From assembly GCA_029254375.1 (NCBI GenBank), contig JAQWXR010000029.1, positions 13,827 to 77,826 on the forward strand: DNA of 64,000 bases, in the 5' to 3' direction. Position 1 is the stretch's first letter; every line of letters begins with the position of its first letter. Of the stretch, positions 49,038 through 58,137 are shown one piece after another. The position numbers and the translations under genes are program-made. This DNA is from Schleiferiaceae bacterium. GTDB taxonomy: Bacteria; Bacteroidota; Bacteroidia; Flavobacteriales; Schleiferiaceae. The notes beneath the pieces are model-generated. The model had not been told where the DNA came from. It saw only the letters and a list, made by a program, of their open reading frames with translations, and made no database searches.

Positions 49038-49547
49038 ATGTTCCGAATTGCCCGCACCAAGCTCACTTTGGCCTTTGTCAGCCTCGCCCTATTGAGCACA
49101 GATATTCACCCCCTCCACCTCTCTTCGGCTACCTTGGTCCAAACTGCCAAAAACCAATGGACACTAAAAAAAACATTGTTTACAGACGACCTTGAGGAAG
49201 CCATGACGGCCATGAGCTATGAGCCTATTCGGCTCAGCGATATAGTCCATAACCAAGCCAATCTGCACGCCTTCTTTGAGGCGTACTTCTCCATTTATAA
49301 GGGCAATGGGGAGCCTCAGATCGGGAAGTCCATTACGTGGGCATTGGAGCCCACCTACATCTATGACCCCGAGTCCGTTCATGTTACGCTTCGCTTTACT
49401 GCCAAACCGCCATTCCAAGTATTTGACGGCACCCTCATCACCACCTACGCCGACCAAAAGAACGTGTACTCCGTGCGAAAAAGTGCCGAAGGCTGGAGCC
49501 AACATGCCATCATCGATGCTGACCGACCTTCTTTTACCGTAAAATGA
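49038..49547 (+). CDS. DUF6702-like protein
   Basis: N-terminal TM/signal segment, then HPLHLSS...FTDDLEEAM, which resembles the DUF6702 family as I recall it. Confidence 0.55.
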   Translation: MFRIARTKLTLAFVSLALLSTDIHPLHLSSATLVQTAKNQWTLKKTLFTDDLEEAMTAMSYEPIRLSDIVHNQANLHAFFEAYFSIYKGNGEPQIGKSITWALEPTYIYDPESVHVTLRFTAKPPFQVFDGTLITTYADQKNVYSVRKSAEGWSQHAIIDADRPSFTVK

Positions 49548-50104
49548 GCGACGCCCTCTCCCTCTATCTCGAATTAGGCTTCTACCACATCGTAGACATT
49601 CACGCCTGGGATCACCTCCTCTTTTTGGTGGCCTTGATGGCCCCAATTCCTTTAAAGGCCTGGAAACCCTGGCTGGCCGCATTGAGCGCCTTCACTCTCA
49701 CTCATACAGCCGCAATGGCGCTACAGGCACTGGCGGATATTCCACTCAACAAGAGCTGGATTGAGTGGGGCGTGCTCGCCACGTTATTTGTCACCGCCGG
49801 GCGAGTAGTTTGCTTAAAGGGAGTGCACCAGCCTCGTACCAAGCTTTGGATCCTAGCTGGTCTGTTTGGATTTATCCACGGAGCGGCTTTTTGGAGTGAT
49901 TTTGCCATCATGGTTCCAGAGGGCGCGTTTACCTGGGAAGTATGGCTTGGATTTACGGCCGGCGTAGAAGGTGGCCAAATAGCTGTCGTAGGGGCCCTGT
50001 TTGGCTTCCGAGCCATCCTTGAACAGCTTGGTTGGTCCCTTCGGGATACGGCCCTAGTCCTCGGCTCAATGTGCCTAGGTATTGCCTTACATTTGGCTTT
50101 CTGA
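49544..50104 (+). CDS. HupE/UreJ family membrane protein
   Basis: GFYHIVDIHAWDHLLFLVAL N-terminal motif (HupE_UreJ_2-like) and six predicted TMs. ATGA overlap with the upstream gene. Confidence 0.7.
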   Translation: MSDALSLYLELGFYHIVDIHAWDHLLFLVALMAPIPLKAWKPWLAALSAFTLTHTAAMALQALADIPLNKSWIEWGVLATLFVTAGRVVCLKGVHQPRTKLWILAGLFGFIHGAAFWSDFAIMVPEGAFTWEVWLGFTAGVEGGQIAVVGALFGFRAILEQLGWSLRDTALVLGSMCLGIALHLAF

Positions 50105-50124
50105 AATTTATTCCTCCGATTCGA

Positions 50125-52434
50125 ATGAAGATGATGCGTTCCTTTTTTAGCCTGGCCGCGGCCACGATTTTGGCAAGCACAGCCTGGGCTCAAGGTGTTC
50201 CAGCCGACCGAATTTCCTCCAGCAAATTCCGTCAATTGGAGCAAGAGCTTCCTACGCCAAACTCCTACCGAACGGCATCTGGAGCCCCGGGGCATGCATA
50301 CTACCAGAACAAGGCGAGCTATGACATGCAAATTTCATTGGACGAAAAAACGCATCGCATCGATGGAAGCGAGTGGATTACCTATGTCAACAACAGCCCG
50401 GATGATTTGAGCTATGTGTGGGTTCAATTGGACCAAAATATGCGGAAACCCGGTTCGATGACGGATATGAAAAACACCGGGGAATTGCCCAAATCCATTA
50501 CTCCCGAACAGGTACAAGAGCGCTACATCGACCAATTCGAAGGGGGCTTTGTCATTGACGGAGTGAGCAATAGCAATCCTCTGGCCTACACAGTTGTCAA
50601 CACCATGATGCGGGTTGATTTGCCCACGACACTCAAAGCAGGTGGAACATTGAAGTTCAAAATTGATTGGCACTACACGATTAACGATCGAATGATCGAT
50701 GGTGGCCGCTCAGGCTATGAGCTATTCCCTGAAGAAGACAATACACTCTATACCATTGCGCAATTCTTCCCTCGCATGGCAGTTTATGGCGACAATGTGG
50801 GTTGGCAGCACAAGCAATTTTTAGGTCAAGGCGAGTTTACCGTTCCTTTTGGTGATTACAAAGTGTCCATCAATGTGCCGGAGGATCACGTAGTGGCCTC
50901 TACGGGGATTTTGCTAAACGAAAGTGCCGTAATGACCTCGGCGCAACGTCAACGTCTCGCCCTGGCTCGGAAGTCTTTTGACAACCCGGTCATCATTGTG
51001 ACCGAAGAAGAGGCCCGTGCCGCGGAACTACCTGAAGCGAAGGCCAAGGCCACAGGTCGTAAAACCTGGGTTTTCAAGGCGGACAACGTTCGGGATTTTG
51101 CTTTTGCCACCTCACGCAAATTTATTTGGGATGCTATGGCCGTAGCCATAGATGGCAAAGTCATCCTCGCCGAGTCCTTCTACCCAAAGGAAGGCAATCC
51201 CTTGTGGGAGCAATACAGCACCCGCGTGGTAGCGCACACGATACGATCCTACAGCAAGCACACCGTGAACTATGCCTACCCACGGGCTATTTCGGTCCAC
51301 ACCAAGGATATCGGAATGGAATATCCCATGATCTGCTTTAACGGCGGACGACCTGATGCAGATGGCACGTACAGCGAAGGCACAAAGCATGGAATGATTT
51401 CGGTAATCATCCACGAAGTTGGGCACAACTTCTTTCCAATGATCATCAATAGTGATGAGCGTCAATGGACCTGGATGGATGAGGGCCTTAACACTTTTGT
51501 ACAATATTTAGCCGAACAAGAATGGGATGTGAATTATCCTTCACGACGTGGACCAGCCTATAAAATGGTGGATTACATGCGTTCACCTGCCATGAACATG
51601 ATGCCCATCATGACCAACTCGGAAAGCATTTTACAATTTGGCAATAACGCCTATGGCAAGCCGGCGACGGCCTTGAATATTCTGCGTGAAACGGTCATGG
51701 GGCGCGAGTTATTTGACTATGCGTTTAAAACCTACTGTGAGCGTTGGGCCTATAAGCACCCGGCTCCGGCAGACTTGTTCCGGACCATGGAAGATGCGTC
51801 AGGCGTTGATCTTGATTGGTTCTGGCGCGGGTGGTTTTATACCACGGAATACGTCGACCAGAGTTTGGATAAAGTGCGTATTGCTGCGGTACCTACCCTC
51901 GACCCGGCGACACTAGAGGCTCAGCGCCGTTATCAGGGCACAGAAGAAACTGCACGCCACATTGGTCAAGGAAGAAATGAGGCGAGTCTTCGCCCTACCG
52001 TGGTGGATCAAACCCCCGCCGCAAGTGACTTTTACAATAGCTACGACCGCTATCCCCTGTCCGCATCGGATAAGACGGCTCTAGCCGCTATGAAAGCAGG
52101 CCCTGATGGCTTCCTTCATGAATTGAGCATCTCCAATAAGGGCGGTTTGATTATGCCCATCGTGGTCAAATTCACTTTTAACGACGGGACAAGCCATGTA
52201 GAGCGGTATCCTGCTGAAATCTGGATTAAGCATGAAGCTACTTTCGTCAAGACGGTGTATCTCCCCAAGAAAGCAGTTAAAATTGAGTTGGATCCTTTTT
52301 TGGAGCTTGCCGATACAGATACGTACAACAACGCCTGGCCGAGTCAAACGGATGTGCAGCTCGAGGCTCTCCCCGAGCGCTCTCGCTGGGAGTCTTGGCG
52401 CAGCAACCCTATGCGGGACGCCCAACGCAACTAA
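50125..52434 (+). CDS. secreted M1-family zinc metallopeptidase
   Basis: HEVGHNFF followed by WMDEG (HExxH-x18-E), a GMEYP exopeptidase-like motif, and signal peptide MKMMRSFFSLAAATILASTAWAQ from the ATG at 50125. Confidence 0.88.
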   Translation: MKMMRSFFSLAAATILASTAWAQGVPADRISSSKFRQLEQELPTPNSYRTASGAPGHAYYQNKASYDMQISLDEKTHRIDGSEWITYVNNSPDDLSYVWVQLDQNMRKPGSMTDMKNTGELPKSITPEQVQERYIDQFEGGFVIDGVSNSNPLAYTVVNTMMRVDLPTTLKAGGTLKFKIDWHYTINDRMIDGGRSGYELFPEEDNTLYTIAQFFPRMAVYGDNVGWQHKQFLGQGEFTVPFGDYKVSINVPEDHVVASTGILLNESAVMTSAQRQRLALARKSFDNPVIIVTEEEARAAELPEAKAKATGRKTWVFKADNVRDFAFATSRKFIWDAMAVAIDGKVILAESFYPKEGNPLWEQYSTRVVAHTIRSYSKHTVNYAYPRAISVHTKDIGMEYPMICFNGGRPDADGTYSEGTKHGMISVIIHEVGHNFFPMIINSDERQWTWMDEGLNTFVQYLAEQEWDVNYPSRRGPAYKMVDYMRSPAMNMMPIMTNSESILQFGNNAYGKPATALNILRETVMGRELFDYAFKTYCERWAYKHPAPADLFRTMEDASGVDLDWFWRGWFYTTEYVDQSLDKVRIAAVPTLDPATLEAQRRYQGTEETARHIGQGRNEASLRPTVVDQTPAASDFYNSYDRYPLSASDKTALAAMKAGPDGFLHELSISNKGGLIMPIVVKFTFNDGTSHVERYPAEIWIKHEATFVKTVYLPKKAVKIELDPFLELADTDTYNNAWPSQTDVQLEALPERSRWESWRSNPMRDAQRN

Positions 52435-52436
52435 TC

Positions 52437-52952
52437 ATGAATATCAAGACTATTTTGGCACTTTTTGCAGCAGCTAGTTTTCTAGTGGCCTGCAGCCAAC
52501 CTGAAACTTCGGAAGATTCTGCGCTTGAGGTACAGCATCGGAACTACATGAAGCCTCACTATGAGGAAACCGTCCTAGATCAATACCTCCACATGAAGGA
52601 TGCCTTGGTATCAAGCTATGTATCTTCCGTCCGTGACGCGGGCAAATTGATGTACATGCAACTAGATATCTCTACACATGAAGCCTTGATCAAACCATTG
52701 ACCGAGATTATTGAAAGTGAGGACCTAGGGATACAAAGGGAGGCCTTTGCACGACTTTCCCTAGCGATGCAAATCGCGATTGAAAATGACGATCCGCTTG
52801 TCAGCAAAGGCCGTGAGGCACTCTTTTTGCAATTCTGTCCGATGGCTTTTGGCAACCAAGGCGCCTTCTGGCTGAGTTCAGAACACACTATTCTCAATCC
52901 GTTTTACGGGGAGGAAATGCTCACCTGCGGTGTGGTGCGGGATAGCCTGTAA
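52437..52952 (+). CDS. lipoprotein, DUF3347-like
   Basis: Lipobox FLVAC from the internal Met at 52437. QYLHMKDALVS resembles the DUF3347 N-terminal motif as I recall it. Confidence 0.55.
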   Translation: MNIKTILALFAAASFLVACSQPETSEDSALEVQHRNYMKPHYEETVLDQYLHMKDALVSSYVSSVRDAGKLMYMQLDISTHEALIKPLTEIIESEDLGIQREAFARLSLAMQIAIENDDPLVSKGREALFLQFCPMAFGNQGAFWLSSEHTILNPFYGEEMLTCGVVRDSL

Positions 52953-52993
52953 CTACCACCACCCATCTCTAGGAAACTTATTAACGAACGAAG

Positions 52994-53024
52994 AAAAACC
53001 TGTCCCAAGCGCGACGGGTTTTTT
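52994..53024 (+). terminator. rho-independent terminator candidate after the DUF3347-like gene
   Basis: Stem CCTGTC/GACGGG (one G-U pair) followed by TTTTTT. Confidence 0.55.
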
Positions 53025-53035
53025 ACTTTTACAGG

Positions 53036-53818
53036 ATGGGGAAAATCATTGCTGTTGCAAACCAAAAAGGCGGTGTAGGTAAGACGACTACGGCCGTCAA
53101 TCTGGCTTCGGCATTGGGCTTTTTGGAGCAGCGTGTCCTGCTTATCGATGCGGACCCCCAAGCAAATGCCACATCGGCGTTAGGCATTGACGTTGCGTCT
53201 GTCGAGGTAGGCACCTATCAAGTACTTGAACACCGTTGCACCGCCGCGGATGCGATTTTGGCCACTGACCAACCAAACCTTTGGCTCATGCCTGCACATT
53301 TGGATTTGGTCGCTGCCGAACTCGAATTGGTGGACAAAGTGAAACGAGAGTTTATGCTCAAAGAGGCGCTCAAAAATGTGCGCCAAGAGTTTGATTTCCT
53401 GATCATTGACTGCGCTCCTTCGCTGGGGCTTGTCACGCTCAACTCCCTGACGGCCGCGGACTCGATCGCTATCCCCATTCAATGCGAATACTTTGCCCTA
53501 GAGGGATTGGGAAAACTTTTGAATACCATCCGAAGCGTTCAAAACCTTCAAAATCCCGATCTCACCATTGAAGGCATGTTGTTGACCATGTATGATTCTC
53601 GCCTGCGCCTGAGCAATCAGGTGGTGGAAGAGGTGCAACAGCACTTTCAACAACTCGTTTTTAAGACCATCATTTCTCGGAATGTTCGTCTGAGTGAGGC
53701 GCCATCCTTTGGGGAACCTATCTTGGTGTATGATGCCTCCAGTACGGGGGCAGAAAACTATTTAAACCTGGGCCGAGAAATTTTGGCACGAAATACGCAG
53801 GCAGTAGACCTGAACTAA
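53036..53818 (+). CDS. parA: ParA/Soj family chromosome-partitioning ATPase
   Basis: Deviant Walker A KGGVGKTT, DADPQANAT and DCAPSLG motifs, 260 aa. Confidence 0.92.
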   Translation: MGKIIAVANQKGGVGKTTTAVNLASALGFLEQRVLLIDADPQANATSALGIDVASVEVGTYQVLEHRCTAADAILATDQPNLWLMPAHLDLVAAELELVDKVKREFMLKEALKNVRQEFDFLIIDCAPSLGLVTLNSLTAADSIAIPIQCEYFALEGLGKLLNTIRSVQNLQNPDLTIEGMLLTMYDSRLRLSNQVVEEVQQHFQQLVFKTIISRNVRLSEAPSFGEPILVYDASSTGAENYLNLGREILARNTQAVDLN

Positions 53819-53827
53819 GTTTGTACG

Positions 53828-55144
53828 ATGAATAAAATTGTCCGGGCAGTCGCCCTTATTTCCTTTGCGCTTCCAATGTGGGCACAGCCTATTCCTGTCC
53901 AAGTCGATGGTGTAGTTGCTCAAGTCGGTAAGGAGGTTATCCTGAATTCAGACATTGCCATGCAGAAAGAGGCCTTGGCTCGTGAAGGTCAAAGCTTGGA
54001 TAATTGTCAAATGCTCCGCGAGTTGATGCTCGAAAAGTTGCTTATTCACCACGCCGCTATAGACAGTGTCATTGTAGCCGAAGAAGAAGTAGATGAGAAT
54101 ATAGATCGACGTATTGAACAGCTTGTTTCTCAGATCGGTACCGAGCGTCGCTTGGAAGAATACTACAAGAAGACCATATTGGAAATAAAAGAAGAAATGC
54201 GTCCTCTGATGAAAAATCAGATGACCGCCCAACGGATGCAAATGACCATTACAGAAACCATCGAAGTGACTCCCAAGGAAGTGGACGATGCGGTAGCGCT
54301 GATTCCTGCAGATTCATTGCCTTTGATTGGAACGGAAGTGGAATTGGCCCAAATCATTATTGAACCCGAAGTGAGCAAGCAAGCAGAACAAGATGCCATT
54401 GACCGACTCACTCAATTGAGAGAGCGCATTCTTGGAGGCTCCTCGTTTGCCACGATGGCTATCCTGTATTCCGAAGATCCCGGATCCAATCGAAACGGGG
54501 GCGAATACAAAGGCATCAAACGGGGTGTTTTTGTGAAAGAATTCGAGGCCATTGCATTTAATCTGCGCCCAGGAGAGGTCTCTCCTCCGTTCCGCACAGA
54601 ATATGGCTTCCATATTGTGCAGCTTCAAACCAAGCGTGGAGAAGAGTTGGATTTGCGTCACATCCTAATCAAGCCCAAAGTCGAACAAGCAGATTTGGAT
54701 GCAGCCAAGAAGACCTTGGATTCGATCCGGACGGCGATTCTAGCCGGAAGCATTTCGTTTGAGGATGCTGCCGAAGCCTTTAGCTCAGATGAAGAGTCTA
54801 AGCTCAACGGCGGCGTTATGATGAATCCCATGACCACGGATGTGCGTTGGAACGTAGAAAATCTAGATCGAGGAATTTTTTACGCGATTGAGAAAATTCA
54901 ATCTGGAGAGATTTCTGAAGCGGCGCTCGTGCGCAAGCCAGATGGCCAGGAGATATTCCGAATTCTCCAACTGCGCGACCGTGTAGCTCCACACCGAGCG
55001 AATCTGACACAAGACTTCAGTCTGCTCAAGAACTACGTCCAAAACCAACGCAAACAGGCTAAAATGATGCAATGGGTAAAGGATAAAAAGGCCGAAACCT
55101 ATGTCTATATCGCCTCAGGCGAAAGCGACTGCGAGGTACTTTAA
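53828..55144 (+). CDS. SurA-like periplasmic peptidylprolyl isomerase (parvulin)
   Basis: Signal peptide, a SurA_N-like region, and a parvulin domain (GGEYKGIKRGVFVKEFE...GFHIVQL). Confidence 0.82.
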   Translation: MNKIVRAVALISFALPMWAQPIPVQVDGVVAQVGKEVILNSDIAMQKEALAREGQSLDNCQMLRELMLEKLLIHHAAIDSVIVAEEEVDENIDRRIEQLVSQIGTERRLEEYYKKTILEIKEEMRPLMKNQMTAQRMQMTITETIEVTPKEVDDAVALIPADSLPLIGTEVELAQIIIEPEVSKQAEQDAIDRLTQLRERILGGSSFATMAILYSEDPGSNRNGGEYKGIKRGVFVKEFEAIAFNLRPGEVSPPFRTEYGFHIVQLQTKRGEELDLRHILIKPKVEQADLDAAKKTLDSIRTAILAGSISFEDAAEAFSSDEESKLNGGVMMNPMTTDVRWNVENLDRGIFYAIEKIQSGEISEAALVRKPDGQEIFRILQLRDRVAPHRANLTQDFSLLKNYVQNQRKQAKMMQWVKDKKAETYVYIASGESDCEVL

Positions 55145-55151
55145 AATGTTT

Positions 55152-55185
55152 AAGCGGCCCCCCAGCGGGGCCGCTTCCTTTTTAT
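55152..55185 (+). terminator. rho-independent terminator after the surA-like gene
   Basis: Perfect 10-bp stem AAGCGGCCCC/GGGGCCGCTT with a 5-nt loop, followed by CCTTTTTAT. Confidence 0.8.
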
Positions 55186-55194
55186 CTTGTAGGG

Positions 55195-58137
55195 ATGCGA
55201 CAGACCCTTGCTTTACTGCTCTTTTTTATTGGCTTTTCCCTTACGAGTCTCGCTCAGGACATACGTTTGGCTCACATCGACCCCTTTATTGGAACGGGTG
55301 GCCATGGCCATACGCATCCCTCAGCGACGGCGCCTTTTGGCATGGTGCAATTAGGGCCGGATACCCGCAAAGAAGGCTGGGACGGCTGTAGCGGCTATCA
55401 TTACAGCGACTCCACGCTCTATGGATTTAGCCACACGCATTTGAGCGGCACGGGGGTGAGCGACTATTCCGACATCCTCATCCGTCCTCTTACCGGTCCG
55501 GAGGATTTATCCGAAACCGTAGACTTTTTAAAATTCACGGAAAAAGCGGAAGCGGGCTACTATTCTGTTCAGCTCAAAAATGGAATCGAATGCTCCTTTA
55601 CGGCCGATGAGCGCGTAGGTGTTCATTACTACAGCATGCCGGACAGGGAAGATCATATCGCTTATTTCCTTTTGGATTTGCGCTACCGCGATCAAACCCT
55701 CAGACAAGGAGCCTCCCTTTCTAAAGACGCTGAAGGCAGCCCTTATGTGTCCATACATCGCATCTCGAAAGGCTGGGCAAACGAGCAATCCTTGTATGCT
55801 TCCCTGCACGTGGAATCCCCTTTGATCCATATTTCGGGTCTGACCGAATTTGAAGAGGGCCGTTATCTTCTCCAAATCGAAATGCCTCGGCCTACCACTA
55901 TGGAAGCCGGAAAAGAACAGGATATCTACCCGAGTCAAGTCATGTTCGCAGTCTCCCTCAGTGGCGTGGACAAAAAAGGGGCTGAGAACAACTACAAGGC
56001 GTGGAAGGATAGCCAAGCCGTAGGTGATATGGGCTGGATTAACTCCTTTGCTTGGACCAAGGCCAAGACCCAATTGGAATGGCAATCTGAATTAAATCGG
56101 GCCCAGGTCTCCGGTGGTAGCGAGGCCCAGAAGCGGATTTACGCCACGGCCCTCTACCACGCCTTTAGCGTTCCCAATCTTTGGAGCGATGCGGATGGTC
56201 GCTACCGCGGTATGGATAATGCCATTTACCAAGATAGCGAGCAGCCCCATTACACGGTATTCTCTTTGTGGGACACCTACCGAACGGCACATCCGCTTTA
56301 CCTGCTTACTCAGCCCGAACGTGCCTTGGACTTTATTGAGACGATGCTAGACCACTACGATCAAACGGGTCGTTTGCCCGTCTGGGAATTGGCGGCTAAC
56401 GAAACCAACTGCATGATTGCTTACCACAGCGTGAGTGTCATTGCCGATGCCATCGCCAAAGGATTTCTCGTAGATATCGACCGGGCCTTGACGGCGATGA
56501 TTGGAACCGCCGAAGCTGACGTCTTTGGCCTGCCCACCTACCGAGACCAGGGTTACCTCAGCCTGCAGGATGAATCAGAATCCGTTTCCAAAACACTCGA
56601 GTATGCCTACGACGATGCCTGCATTGCATGGACCGCCGACAAAGCGGGTAAAGACTCCATTGCAGAGCATTTTTGGCAGCGCTCCCAAGCATGGATCTCT
56701 TTGTTGGATCCTGAGACCGGATTGGCCCGTCCTCGAGATAACGGCGCTTTTTTAAAACGCTACGAGCCCCGTGAAGTAAACAACAACTTCACCGAGGCCA
56801 ATGCCTGGCAGTATAGCTTTTCGCCCATTCACGATTTGAAGCGTTGGCAGGAAATGCTCAGCCAATCCGGGTTTGCATTGGAGAGCCAGTTGGATGCGCT
56901 TTTTGATGCTTCTTCTCAAACCGTTGGCCGTGACCAAGCGGATATCACAGGCTTGATCGGCCAGTACGCCCACGGAAACGAGCCGAGCCATCACATCGCC
57001 TGGCTCTATGCCGCAACGGCCCATCCTGAAAAAGGCCATGCCCGCGTTCGTGAGATCTTGGAAACCATGTACAGCGACCAAAACAATGGATACCAGGGCA
57101 ACGAGGATTGTGGCCAAATGTCCGCTTGGTATGTCATGAGCTCGTGGGGATTGTATCCCTTGGTACCGGGCGAAGCGCAGTACGCCCTTTCTGCACCGAT
57201 TTGGGAGAAGGTGCACTTGCCCAAGGTGGGTTCAGAGGGTATTGCGTTTACCCGCAGAGGCCATGGCTCTTACCTCACGGGATGGGCACCAAATGACCGC
57301 GTTCTTAATTCCGAATTGCCCTCCTACCAAACGTATTTGAGTCAATCAGAGCTGGAAGCCCATACGGAGCATGTCTTCTTCACGAGTACAGCTATCCCAG
57401 AACTTGAAAAGACTTGGTCGACGTATGCCAATGTGCACCGCTTTGTGGACCGACGCGATTTAGATTTGATTCCGGCGCCTCAAATAAATGTCCCACGGCG
57501 CTTTGAAGGAAGCACTAGCGCGACCATCACCTATCCTTTCAGACGTAACAACGCACAGACCATCCCCATCTCAGAGAGTCGCACACTTAACATAATGAGT
57601 GAAGGGATGCATTCCAGCGCAGCTCACACGACAAAAAAACCCAATAACTGGAGTGTTCAGGTCCTGTCCGGAACTCCCAATCCTCAGTACAATCCAGGAG
57701 TCAGCGCACTTATAGACGGCGTTCGCGGAGACGCAGATTGGCGGAAAGGGGAATGGTTTGGGCTTCAAGGTCAGGACTTAATCGTGCTGATCTCCCCTCC
57801 TGCCGCTGAGCGCTTCAAACATTTAGACATCGACCTCAGCCTGCTGCACGACCAGCGTTCTTGGATTGCCTACCCCAAGCGCATAGAGATGTACCTTATC
57901 AAAGACAACGGACAAGAATGGCTGGCCGCTTGGTCGGATTACGACGAGATCCAGGATATTCCGGCCGAGATCATGCATTGGAAAAGCGACTACAGCCAAA
58001 GCGCCCCTTGGTGGAATCAGCCAAAAATTTCTGGTATCCGCTTCGAATTCAAAAATGCCGGTGTCCTTCCCGATTGGCACTTGGGAGCCGGGGGCGAAAC
58101 CTTCATCTTCATCGACGAAATCTCCATTCAGGAATGA
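55195..58137 (+). CDS. GH92-family alpha-mannosidase with extra C-terminal domain of about 235 aa
   Basis: IGTGGHGHTHPSATAPFGMVQLGPDT and HGNEPSHH GH92 signatures with a signal peptide. At 980 aa it is longer than the usual ~750. Confidence 0.88.
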   Translation: MRQTLALLLFFIGFSLTSLAQDIRLAHIDPFIGTGGHGHTHPSATAPFGMVQLGPDTRKEGWDGCSGYHYSDSTLYGFSHTHLSGTGVSDYSDILIRPLTGPEDLSETVDFLKFTEKAEAGYYSVQLKNGIECSFTADERVGVHYYSMPDREDHIAYFLLDLRYRDQTLRQGASLSKDAEGSPYVSIHRISKGWANEQSLYASLHVESPLIHISGLTEFEEGRYLLQIEMPRPTTMEAGKEQDIYPSQVMFAVSLSGVDKKGAENNYKAWKDSQAVGDMGWINSFAWTKAKTQLEWQSELNRAQVSGGSEAQKRIYATALYHAFSVPNLWSDADGRYRGMDNAIYQDSEQPHYTVFSLWDTYRTAHPLYLLTQPERALDFIETMLDHYDQTGRLPVWELAANETNCMIAYHSVSVIADAIAKGFLVDIDRALTAMIGTAEADVFGLPTYRDQGYLSLQDESESVSKTLEYAYDDACIAWTADKAGKDSIAEHFWQRSQAWISLLDPETGLARPRDNGAFLKRYEPREVNNNFTEANAWQYSFSPIHDLKRWQEMLSQSGFALESQLDALFDASSQTVGRDQADITGLIGQYAHGNEPSHHIAWLYAATAHPEKGHARVREILETMYSDQNNGYQGNEDCGQMSAWYVMSSWGLYPLVPGEAQYALSAPIWEKVHLPKVGSEGIAFTRRGHGSYLTGWAPNDRVLNSELPSYQTYLSQSELEAHTEHVFFTSTAIPELEKTWSTYANVHRFVDRRDLDLIPAPQINVPRRFEGSTSATITYPFRRNNAQTIPISESRTLNIMSEGMHSSAAHTTKKPNNWSVQVLSGTPNPQYNPGVSALIDGVRGDADWRKGEWFGLQGQDLIVLISPPAAERFKHLDIDLSLLHDQRSWIAYPKRIEMYLIKDNGQEWLAAWSDYDEIQDIPAEIMHWKSDYSQSAPWWNQPKISGIRFEFKNAGVLPDWHLGAGGETFIFIDEISIQE

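Noticed and set aside
50032-50124. A 31-codon 5' extension of the M1 peptidase ORF, overlapping the HupE/UreJ gene by 73 nt.
   Set aside because: The extension has no signal peptide and odd composition. The ATG at 50125 gives a canonical signal peptide (MKMMRSFFSLAAATILASTAWAQ) 20 nt after the hupE stop, so this is a longest-ORF artefact.
49164-50331. Two long minus-strand ORFs (172 aa and 209 aa) antisense to the DUF6702-like, HupE and M1 genes.
   Set aside because: Their composition is Arg/Pro/Ser/Gly-rich with no recognisable motifs, and they lie fully inside well-supported plus-strand genes. They look like typical shadow ORFs, so I do not treat them as overlapping genes.
57861-58133. A 91-codon 5' extension of the second GH92 ORF inside the first GH92 gene.
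   Set aside because: The extension is Arg/Pro-rich alternate-frame sequence. The ATG at 58134 gives a signal peptide directly followed by the GH92 N-terminal motif, with an ATGA overlap to the upstream stop.
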